64,000 nucleotides of DNA from the NCBI RefSeq assembly GCF_964355755.1, contig NC_092673.1, forward strand, positions 2,728,001 to 2,792,000. The letters run 5' to 3'. A program made the translations under genes and the position numbers. This DNA comes from Antedon mediterranea (Eukaryota > Animalia > Echinodermata). Below, piece after piece: positions 1 to 21,229 of this stretch (position 1 is the stretch's first letter; each line of letters begins with the position of its first letter). Under the pieces are notes generated by a model, which did not search any database, was not told the origin of the DNA, and was given only the letters and a program-made list of their open reading frames with translations.

Positions 1-583
1 TCGCAATGGTAGGCAACTATTATTGAATTTATACTTAAGCCTTGTGTAGACATTAATATCTCATCTAATAATGGAGTGTGTGGCCTGGTATATTTATAGC
101 TACCTGTATGATAAAGATTACCTAATTGATAAAGAAACGAAATCACTGTCTACTTTTTATATACTTGCAGCGGTACTTTAATATGCAACTATTATTTTGA
201 TTCAACAACTTTGCATATGTGATTTTTCTTGCACATAAATTCCATTAGCATCGAAGCAGTTATAAATACTTAGTTTGGGAGGTACAGTAGTATAACCGTG
301 GTATAAATACCTCCATGGTTAATGTATACAACATACATGGAGAGGAGATCTCTATGATCGTTCTCCATGATTTATTTTGCCTCTAGTTATGTTTTAGTTG
401 ATATTTCCAAATAAACAAACTATGTAAAATGTAAACATTATTTAATACTAATAGTATAAAGGCCAGGTCCAATAGGCTACTCTAGATGTATGCCATGGTA
501 TTGTTCGTGTGACGTCAAGAATAATTTATTCAATAAAAGGATCAATCAACCAAGGAAACCCCTGATTCAACCAAGGTTTTTAA

Positions 584-880
584 AGATGTATTGTCCCCTG
601 AATAATAATGTCACCTAATAGTCATCCACTTTGACCAAAAATTGGATCTAAAAAAAATGATTTACCGGAAAAAACTGTAATTTAAAGCAAAAAATGGCCA
701 AATTGGCTGTCAGCCAATGGATTTTTGGTTGAATTTATATTATGTTATTTTATAAGTGAAAACATTTGTTTTAGTTTTTTTTATTAACTTTATTAAAACT
801 ACAAAATAACCTATTCAAAGTCTGATTTTATTAATCTTCAGTTTTTCATGTTTTTGGGGGACAATATAGGCCTACATCTT
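584..880. mobile_element. Kolobok-like MITE (TIR AGATGTATTGTCCC, TTAA target); other copies ~24182-24500, ~29383-29928 and partial ~29933-30325
   Basis: ttaa-AGATGTATTGTCCC...GGGACAATACATCT-ttaa termini recur at several loci. The ~29383 copy appears nested at a TTAA inside an older copy of the same family. Confidence 0.6.
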
Positions 881-983
881 TAAATATAGCCAGGATATAG
901 CCCTATACCAGTTTGTACGGGGTCCCTTATTACATATGTATGAGAAGTATTTTATTTACAATCCCATTGTAATGTTTATTTAG

Positions 984-2202
984 TCGAAGGAGTTAGAAGA
1001 CGAGAGACTGAAAGGTCAACGTTCAGAGATAGAAAAGCGAATTCTACAACAGAAGTGCATTGAACTTGAGAGACAAATGAAACAGACAAATGAGATTGCA
1101 GCTATCCGTGTAAAACAAATTGAAGATCTTCAAAAACAATTAGAAGAGGTAGGCTACAATTTGTTTGAAACAAATTGATAATAATTATAATAATAAATAA
1201 TATGTTTAGTAGAGAACTTTTAAGTGGTTACTTTTTAACATTCAATTCTCTCTCTTGAAACGTTTTCCGCCGTCATTTCGACAATTACGCTTTCACGAGT
1301 TTTTCTATATTTTTCTGTTTTGGGCAGAATGGTTTGTTATTGTGCTAAAGTCTACAATTTTTTTCTTTTTTATTTGGTTTATCCAGTTTTCTTTTGGTCT
1401 TGATCCTGTGGCCTTTTTACTTTCTTTTCAATTTTCTTTTCATTGGCTGTATAATTTAACATTTCATTTATCATTTAAAATTGACAGAAAGAAGCAAGAC
1501 ACGATTTAGACTCTAGTGTAGAGATGGAGGATAACACACAGGAGGTAGAAATATTCAGATATAGGCGTAGGCGTATTAACTATAATAGCCTTAAATGTGT
1601 ATATAAGTAGTGGTTAATCAGGCCTTTTTTATATGTGTGCACGCATGTCCTTGTTTATATTGGAGTGAATAAGTAAAGTTCTTACAGTATTGTTTCCTGT
1701 TAATCACAGTGCATAAACCAAGCATGCCTTGGTTCTATGAAATGAACCTCACGAAAGTATATTTTAAACAATTGGGAAAATCCATTGCAAATTATTTTTT
1801 TGCCATTTATCAACTATAAATGTACTCCATGGGTCGAATAACCATTGTCCGTAATAACTAGAAAAACCAGCCTTAAGCCTTGTCTATACTATCAAACTTT
1901 ATGTGACAAAAAATGTGATGTGCCCTATATATAGACATGATGATGTCATATCACTACCATATTTGAGCATATCACTACCATATTTAATTTCACACTTTTT
2001 TTGTCAAACTAGTTTGATAACGTAGACAAAGCTTAACCATTATAATGATATGCTTTATTTTCAGGAATGCGATCATAAAGACTGCGAACACATTAAATGT
2101 ACTGCTTGTGATCATCACATGGATACAAACGATGAACTGGTTGAGCACCATGGAGTTTGTCACTGTAACCCGCAGTCGCCTTTGTTTGGCAAACAGGCTT
2201 AA
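984..2202 (+). CDS. 3' part (exons 984-1148, 1488-1544, 2065-2202) of a coiled-coil protein with a C-terminal NEMO/UBZ-type CCHC zinc finger; 5' exons not identified
   Basis: AG/GT-bounded phase-0 exons translate SKELEDERLKGQRSEIEKRILQQKCIELERQ...KQLEE / KEARHDLDSSVEMEDNTQE / ECDHKDCEHIK-CTAC-x12-H-HGV-C...KQA*. The C-x2-C-x12-H-x3-C spacing matches NEMO/optineurin/TAX1BP1-type fingers. Confidence 0.6.
1876..2033. mobile_element. PIF/Harbinger-type MITE family A (TIR AGCTCTGTCTACACTATCAAAC, ~140-165 bp), about 16 copies in the window
   Basis: TIRs with TTA/TAA target duplications. Full or partial copies near 6483, 17685, 23675, 24720, 27690, 30590, 36071, 37498, 37872, 40381, 50271, 51710, 52084, 56730 and 58550, with internal repeats of CCAAATATGGTAGTGATATG. 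Confidence 0.8.
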
Positions 2203-2377
2203 GCTTGGTTCCCACTAGGACGCAACGCAGCGACGTATCGACGCAAAGTGCTGTATTGAGTAATCACAAGTGGGGGAACCGACGACGCAGCGCTGCAAAC
2301 ATCACAGGTTTGATTTCAGGCGCAAGCACAATTATTGCGTAGATTGCGTTACGTTGCGTCGCTAGTGGAACCAAGCT
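2202..2377. mobile_element. PIF/Harbinger-type MITE family B (TIR AGCTTGGTTCCCACTAG); copies near 16358, 31890, 38955, 39540, 47355, 53747, 55058
   Basis: TTA TSD at 2199-2201 and 2378-2380; ACGCAACGCA subterminal repeats. Confidence 0.8.
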
Positions 2378-3344
2378 TTAGGTGTTTCACAATCTATAGC
2401 TCCGTCAGTTTAGTAAATGATAGTTGATAGAGGGTGATAGCCCTATGTTGATTTAATTCTTATAATACTTACATATGCGGTCACAAGGATAGGCTTATTA
2501 CATATGATATTAGATTTAGCATTCGTGGGATCAGGTTTATATAAAAATTTAAATAATAAAAAAAAAATTAATATTAAGAGACGTGCATACATAATAAGAA
2601 TTCTAATCCCATGATAAATGTAAAAGATGTAAAATGTAAAATGTAAAAGAAACACGTGTTTTTAAACACTGGATTGTATGCTTTGTTGTTTCAATAGAGT
2701 TACTCGGATAGGATTATTACATAGGCCTATTAGGTTTAACTTCGTAGGAAGGAAGTTTATATAAAAAACGTAAATATTAAAAAAAGTAATCATTAATATT
2801 AAGATACGTACATACATACATTGTAAGTTCTAATTCCATGATAAAGGTAAAAAAACACGTGTTTGTAAACACTGGATTGTATGCTTTTCTGTTAAGTATA
2901 AAACAATGTATTATAAAACAAAATGTATTGCCGTTTTGGCAAAATTGTTAGAGATATCGATGGCTTGACATCGATTTTCTAGGGACTATTTCTATAATTA
3001 TGTATAGGAATAATTGGACACTCAATAGGCCTACAGATGATGGATGTTTCATGTTGTTGACATCTCCTCGGTCAAAAAGGTCCCTATTATCCGTTGTATA
3101 TTGCTATGCAATAATTATGTATTAAATAATACATTTTGTTATTGATTTGAGTCAAATTATTTTTTTGTTAGAGTTTGAGTAAACAATCAGAAGGAATCTT
3201 TCCTGGTACAACGATGTAGGCCTACATAGGCCCTTCATACACTCATCGTTATCATCTCCATGGCTGTGGTAGTTTTGGTGGTGGTTGTGGTAGTGGTATT
3301 AGCGCAGCGGTTGTTGTAATGGTGATGACAGTTGATCATCTTTG

Positions 3345-3560
3345 TTGATATCAAGTTTGGGGTACACCACGTATATTTAGTTCTGAAAAGAACTGTTGAG
3401 TTTCTCGACGTTTCGATCAATATGCTTTGATCGTCCTCAGGACTGGGAATCCAAAAAATTCAGGAAACTGGGAATATAAGTGGAATAGGGTGGGACTGGT
3501 GTGAAAACTAAAAAGAATAGCAAGTTCACAAAGATCATCTTGTACTGATTCCTATCTATA
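3345..3560 (-). mobile_element. Penelope-like element terminal repeat remnant; paralogous copy ~14822-15030; inverted pair of tail fragments at ~28035-28147
   Basis: Carries the PLE-type hammerhead motif followed by GAGAAACTCAACAGTTCTTTTCAGAA...GTGGTGTAC...AAACTTGATATC. The same tail occurs as a tail-to-tail palindrome in a WDR91 intron. Confidence 0.6.
3404..3444 (-). ncRNA. Minimal type-I hammerhead ribozyme motif (Penelope-type)
   Basis: Minus strand reads agtc-CTGAGGA-c-GATCAA-agcata-TTGATC-GAAAC-GTC-gag: catalytic core boxes, 6-bp stem II, palindromic ACGT stem III and a GUC cleavage triplet; stem I is weak. Confidence 0.65.
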
Positions 3561-3910
3561 CTATAGAAAAAACGCCAGAGCATAGATAGACGAATCGGAA
3601 CTCATTTTACCAATATCGACGGGTTGTTGAGCCGTGAAATGTGCAAAAAGTTTGCACAAATGTGACGTTTTGCCCAAGACTTGGCTTAACACGGTTTCGT
3701 GAGCTTGTCTCGTCGTTTGTCGTCATCACTGGTCAAGTTACGTCATAATTGTGTACAAACAAATCAGACAAAATTATTTCATTTGCTTTTCATTTATTAA
3801 ATTGAAATCAATTTAAATGAATATAATGTGGGTACATTGTTATTAATATGCCTACCAAATTGTATTGATATTTATAATTATAATAACGAATAGAATTAGG
3901 CAACGGTAAC

Positions 3911-10822
<6,912 letters not shown>

Positions 10823-10894
10823 CTTGTAGCTTGGTAGTGGTGTCGTTTGGTCGGATCGGAAGAAACGAATAAAAAGTAGCTTCGAATCTTCGAG

Positions 10895-10935
10895 TTTTAT
10901 AGGCAAATTCAGATAAAAATGTCTACGGTCACGTG
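10895..10935 (-). promoter_or_regulatory. Candidate TATA promoter of A1 (equivalent A2 TATA at 19168-19174)
   Basis: TATAAAA lies ~75 nt upstream of the ATG; nearby GATAA and CACGTG motifs are conserved in both paralogs. Confidence 0.5.
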
Positions 10936-12387
10936 ACTGATAACTAAAACAGAATGGGCAAATAATACCGGATGCTAATTAAGTTGACTCAAAATCGATA
11001 TAAAATTCAAGAAAATAAGAATTTGACATATGGTTTAAATTTATGTATGTACTACAAAAGTATGATTTGGTTACTATTTAGAAACTGACTCACGCCTGGT
11101 TGTTAGAAATTAGGTATTGATTTAACATGGACGTTTGCATCAAAATGAACTAACTTTTGTTTTCTTCTAAAGCGTTGAGTTTATAAGATTTACATGTTAT
11201 ATACAAATACAAAAACATGCTAACTGAAAGACGAAGAGGGTAATAACATCGAGATTCCGGCAAATTTAAACTTGTATCTTTACTGTAATAAAAAGTTAAA
11301 TTCATTGCTATAATATCATTTAGTTGGTGCAATTATAATAACGGTAAGGGCCGACTACAAGTTCAGCTTTCATAAGCAAGAAGATAGTAATGCATACGCG
11401 CTTCATCCTCATGTCAGAAAGGGTAGGCTATTTATGGCTGTTGTAAATTAACTCAAACCCCTAACAACAGGCCCTTTTATGTAATAGAAATTGTTCTTCA
11501 GTTTTTCTGCTCTCCTCCTGTATGTATAGTTAGTATTCATTGATATACATTTATTTTGAAGGAAATAAATATATTATTATAACATTAATACGGTATAATA
11601 TTCCAGATACAAAGAAATTTGATTGGGCCACTTGAAATGGAAAATCATTTTCCTTGGCATAATTAAGACAATAAAGGATAATAAACTACAAAAAAATACA
11701 TCAAATGACAAACACTTTAGGCCACGTGAGTGTCGAGTTGCATTTATAATTACTTCGTTTTCAACGCCAACCATACTTTATAATAATAGTTACCAAATAT
11801 ATAAAAAAAAAAAAATTAGTGTATACATATATAAACTCCCACTTTTCACTCAAGGTTACAATTCAAAATCAAAATGGTTTTCACTTACTTACTGCTTCAT
11901 ATCCAAAAACTAATTAAAACAAATCAACAATGTTCAAATGATATGTACAAACAACGTTCAAAAAGTTGCAAAATTAAAAAATGATGAATGTTCAAACAAC
12001 GTTCAAAGTGTTCAAAATTTGAAAAAAAATTAACGATGATGAATGATCAAACAACGGCCCTTCTTGTCCGCTTGCTTCTGTTCTTCAGGTCTCCGTTTTG
12101 AATCTTCTGGCGTATCTTCTTTGATGATCGGCTCGTCTTCATCCAATGGTTACACAAAATTTGGAAAAATCGGCTATCTGCTTTTCTGGATCCAGTTAAA
12201 AATGCGGTTAAAATGCTGTACTTGAAAATTCTGCTTGTCTCTTAAAAAATGAATTTCTGCTTGTTTCCTTATCAAATAGATTTCTACTTGTCTTCTTATA
12301 AGAACATATTTCTAGTTGTCTTCATCTTCTCTTGTTTTATTTTAAGAAATTCTTGTTTTTATAGTCTGCTTCTTTTCTTCTTGTTGG

Positions 12388-14044
12388 ACATTTCTTCGAA
12401 GACACACCTCATAGACATTTCTTCGAAGACACACCTCATAGACATTTCTTCAAAGACACACCTCATAGACATTTCTTCGAAGACACACCTCATAGACATT
12501 TCTTCAAAGACACACCTCATAGTCATTTCTTCGAAGACACACCTCATAGACATTTCTTCAAAGACACACCTCATAGACATTTCTTCGAAGACACACCTCG
12601 CAGTCATTTCTTCGAAGACACACCTCGCAGTCATTTCTTCGAAGACACACCTCGCAGTCATTTCTTCGAAGACACACCTCGCAGTCATTTCTTCGAAGAC
12701 ACACCTCGTAGACATTTCTTCGAAGACACACCTCGTAGACATTTCTTCGAAGACACACCTCGTAGACATTTCTTCGAAGACACACCTCGTAGACATTTCT
12801 TCGAAGACACACCTCGTAGACATTTCTTCGAAGACACACCTCGTAGAAATTTCTTCGAAGACACACCTCGTAGACATTTCTTCGAAGACACACCTCGTAG
12901 ACATTTCTTTGAAGACACACCTCGTAGACATTTCTTCGAAGACACACCTCGTAGACATTTCTTCGAAAACACACCTCGTAGACATTTCTTCGAAGACACA
13001 CCTCGTAGACATTTCTTCGAAGACACACCTCACAGTCATTTCTTCGAAGACACACCTCACAGTCATTTCTTCGAAGACACACCTCTTAGACATTTCTTCG
13101 AAAACGCACCTCTTAGACATTTATTCGAAGACGCACCTCATAGACATTTCTTCGAAGACGCACCTCATAGACATTTCTTCGAAGACGCACCTCACAGACA
13201 TTTCTTCGAAGACACACCTCACAGACATTTCTTCGAAGACACACCTCATAGACATTTCTTCGAAGACACACCTCATAGACATTTCTTCGAAGACACACCT
13301 CATAGACATTTCTTCGAAGACACACCTCATAGACACTTCTTCGAAGACACACCTCATAGACATTTCTTCGAAGACACACCTCGTAGACATTTCTTCGAAG
13401 ACACACCTCGCAGACATTTCTTCGAAGACGCACCTCGTAGACATTTCTTCGAAGACACACCTCACAGTCATTTCTTCGAAGACACACCTCACAGACACTT
13501 CTTCGAAGACGCACCTCACAGACACTTCTTCGAAGACACACCTCGCAGACACTTCTTCGAAGACCCACCTCGCAGACACTTCTTAAAAGACACACCTCAC
13601 AGACATTTCTTCGAAGACACACCTCACAGACATTTCTTCGAAGACACACCTCACAGACATTTCTTCGAAGACACACCTCACAGACATTTCTTCGAAGACA
13701 CACCTCACAGACATTTCTTTGAAGACACACCTCACAGACATTTCTTCGAAGACACACCTCACAGACATTTCTTCGAAGACACACCTCACAGACATTTCTT
13801 TGAAGAAACACCTCACAGACATTTCTTCGAAGACACACCTCACAGACACTTCTTCGAAGACACACCTCACAGACACTTCTTCGAAGACACACCTCATAGA
13901 CACTTCTTCGAAGACACACCTCATAGACACTTCTTCGAAGACACACCTCATAGACACTTCTTCGAAGACACACCTCATAAACACTTCTTCGAAGACACAC
14001 CTCATAGACACTTCTTCGAAGACACACCTCATAGACACTTCTTC
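12388..14044. repeat. 27-bp minisatellite, ~61 copies (GACATTTCTTCGAAGACACACCTCRYA)
   Basis: Directly visible tandem array with variants in blocks; each unit holds the 10-bp palindrome TCTTCGAAGA. Confidence 0.97.
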
Positions 14045-14221
14045 TATTCTATCTAGTGTCAATCGAGTTACTCGGATAGGCTTATTACATAGGCCTATGA
14101 TATTAGGCTTAACTTTGTAGAAAGGAAGTTTATATGTAAAAAACGTAAATATAAAAAAAATAAACATTAATATTAAGATACGTACATACAAATCATGGTA
14201 AGTTCTAATCCCATGATAAAC

Positions 14222-14347
14222 GTAAAGAAACACGTGTAAAGAAACACGTGTAAAGAAACACGTGTAAAGAAACACGTGTAAAGAAACACGTGTAAAGAAA
14301 CACGTGTAAAGAAACACGTGTAAAGAAACACGTGTAAAGAAACACGG
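14222..14347. repeat. 14-bp minisatellite (GTAAAGAAACACGT) x~9
   Basis: Perfect tandem copies; only a single AAACACGTG unit at the paralogous position (~2853). Confidence 0.95.
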
Positions 14348-15377
14348 GATTGTATGCTTTTCTGTTAAGTATAAAACGATGTATTATAAAACAAAATGTA
14401 TTGCCGTTTTGGCAAAATTGTTAGAGATATCGATGGCTTGACATCGATTATCTAGGGACTATTTCTATAATTATGCATAGGAATAACTGGACACTCAATA
14501 GGCCTACAGATGATGGATGTTTCATGTTGTTGACATCTCCTCGGTCACAAAAGTCCCTATTATCCGTTTTATATTGCTATGCAATAATTATGTATTAAAT
14601 AATACATTTTGTTATTGATTTGAGTCAAATTATTTTTTTGTTTGAGTTTGAGTAAACAATCAGAAGGAATCTTTCCTGGTACAACGATGTCGGCCTACAC
14701 AAGCCCTTCATACACTCATCGTTATCATCTCCATGGCTGTGGTAGTTTTGGTGGGGGTGGTGGTTGTGGTATTAGCGCAGTGGTGGTTATGGTAGTGGTG
14801 ATGACAGTTAGATCATCTTTGTTGATATCAAGTTTGCGGTACACCACGTATATTAGTTCTGAAAAGAACTGTTGAGTTTCTCGATGTTTGATCAATATGC
14901 TTTGATCGTCCTCAGGACTGATAATCCAGAAAGTCAAGGAAACTGGGAATATAAGTGGAATAGGGTGGGACTGGTGTGAAAACTAAAAACAATAGCAAGT
15001 TCACAAGGATCATCTTCTTCTGGTTCCTATCTATACTATAGAAGAAAAACGCCAGAGCATAGATAGACGCATCGGAACTCGTTTTACCAATATCGACGGA
15101 TTGTTTAGCCTTGAAATTTGCAAAAAGTTTGCACAAATGTGAGGTTTTGCATATTTCACGGCTTAACACGGTTCCGTGAGCTTGTCGTCATCAAGTTACG
15201 TCATAATTGTGTACAAACAAATCAAACAAACTTACTTCATTTGCATTTCATTTATTAAATTGAAATCAATTTAAGTGAATATAGGCCTATGTACTATGGG
15301 TACATTGTTATTAATATGCCTACCAAATTGTATTGATATTTAGAATTATAATAACGAATAGAATTAGGCAAAGTAAC

Positions 15378-19092
<3,715 letters not shown>

Positions 19093-21229
19093 CTTGTAGC
19101 TTGGTAGTGGTGGTGTCGTTTGGTCGGATCAGAAGAAACGAATAAAAAGTAGCTTCAAATCTTCGAGTTTTATAGGCAAATTCAGATAAAAATGTTTGCA
19201 TTTCTACGGTCACGTGACAATGATAACTAAAATAGAATGGGCAAATAATACCAGATGCAAGATAATACAATTGTTCTGTAATATTTTTCTATCAGTATTC
19301 AATCAAGAAATAAAACAAGTTGATGTAAGCAGATATCACGATATCTCGTATAGTTTCGTAATTAAGTTGATAGGTTGTATAGGTCCAACTTCAATTCGAA
19401 TTCAAGAAAATAAGAATTTGATAAATGGGTTGAATTTTGGTGGTATGATTTGAGTATGATTTGCTTACTGTTATACTGTAGCAATTTAGAAAATGACCCG
19501 CGGCGCGCCTGGTTGTTAGAAATTAGGTATATTTGACATTGTAATATTAGATTTGCATCAAAATGAACCCAACTTGTTTTTTTGTGTAAAGCGTTGAGTT
19601 TATAAGATTTACATACATATACAAATACAAAAAAATACAAAAGCATGCTAACTGAAAGACGAAAAGCTGAGGGTAATAGCATCGAGATTCCGGCAAATTG
19701 AAACTTAGCCAAGATACATGTACATCTATATAATAACATATTCATTGCTACACAATTTAGTTGGTGCAATTATTATATAGTGGGTCGACTACAAGTTCAA
19801 TCTTTCAAAGGCAGGCGGTAGTAATACATAGGCTACGTACTACGCATCATCCTCCGGGTGGTAGGAAAGGGTAGTAGTCTTGGAGGTTGTAAATTAATTC
19901 AAACCCCAACAACAGGCCCTTTTGAGGTAATACGAACTTGTTCCTCGGTTTCTTAGCCCTCCTCCTGTATGTAGTTTGTATTCATTGATATACATTTGTT
20001 TTGAAGGAAATAAATAATTATGTTATTATAACATGAATATAAGATTCAAGATTCAAGGAATTGTATTGGTTCACTTATAATGGAAAATCATTTTAATTGG
20101 CATAATTAAGACACTAAAAGATAATAAAACTACAAGAAAAAATCAAATTGCATGAAAAACGATTTAGGCTAATGTTAAAATACGGTTAATATAATATGCT
20201 AATTTTAAAATACTGATCGATGACGACATGATTGATTATTGACAAAATGCCAACTCACCAAACTTAGTAAAGAAACTTACTGATGATGAAATAACAATCA
20301 ATAACACATTTAATCTAAAAACCTACGTCAATTAAACACCTGTGATTGATAACATTCCTACATCAAATACAGGCCATATTCATCCATATGGTTCAATTGT
20401 GAACAATAAACATTATAAACAGTTAAAGAAAAACTTAATTAGTAGATGTCTTGATAACGAGTAAATCATTAATTGACTGATCCGGTGCCTTGTAACCACC
20501 GCAACAGGTGTTCATAAGTTTGAATTTTAAACAATTGAAATTATTATTATATATGTATTATATTATTGCCTGTGCAATTTCTCATAGAGGTTTGTTAGAG
20601 TGGAGGCCTATGTTTATAGTTGTATAAAGGGTTAAACATGTGTCTTGTAATAAGACACATCGTACCATCATTATTACATACGACATTTTATCCGAAATGC
20701 TAAATAGAATTTCACTGATGTTCCATTCAACTTGCAATTGTTAAAATGTAAAACATGTGTAACATTAGTACACCAACAAATTCGCTACAAATTAGAGAAC
20801 GCAACGTTTGGCGAATAGATATATAATGTGAGCTGACATGACAAGAAAAGTGTAGGACTATAGTAAGATAAAGCAAAAAAAAAACTATAATAATAAAATG
20901 GTAATAATTCCTTTTAAAAATCTAATTTTCATTATGGAACAGCTATACGTCAACTAAACACCTGTTATTGATAACATTCCGATATCAATATCTCATTCAT
21001 ATGGTTGTCAATCGTTGATAGTAAATCAAGAGTTAGTTATAGATGTAGAAGAAATAAACGCCGAGTTTTTTTTTTTCCCTACATTTTTGTAAAACATCAT
21101 TAATAGGCGCGCCTCCGTGTTAATTTCAACGCTTTTTGCTCGCGGGCTCTCCTATTATTTTTTTATTAATTGTGTAAAAGGCAAAAACGGCGTTCCACAG
21201 GTATTTTTTTATACGCAAAAAAAGTTAAG

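Noticed and set aside
12388-14044. Heat-shock element array
   Set aside because: TTC/GAA spacing is 0 or 3 nt, not the nTTCnnGAAn pattern of HSEs.
12249-14317. Long ORFs of up to 445 aa (ISSKTHLID / RCVFEEMS / CLRRNVYEV repeats)
   Set aside because: By-product of a 27-bp repeat that is stop-free in several frames on both strands; no splice or promoter context; single mutations interrupt the frames.
14879-14918. Second hammerhead ribozyme
   Set aside because: Core is broken (G of GAAA missing, stem III palindrome altered); treated as a dead paralog.
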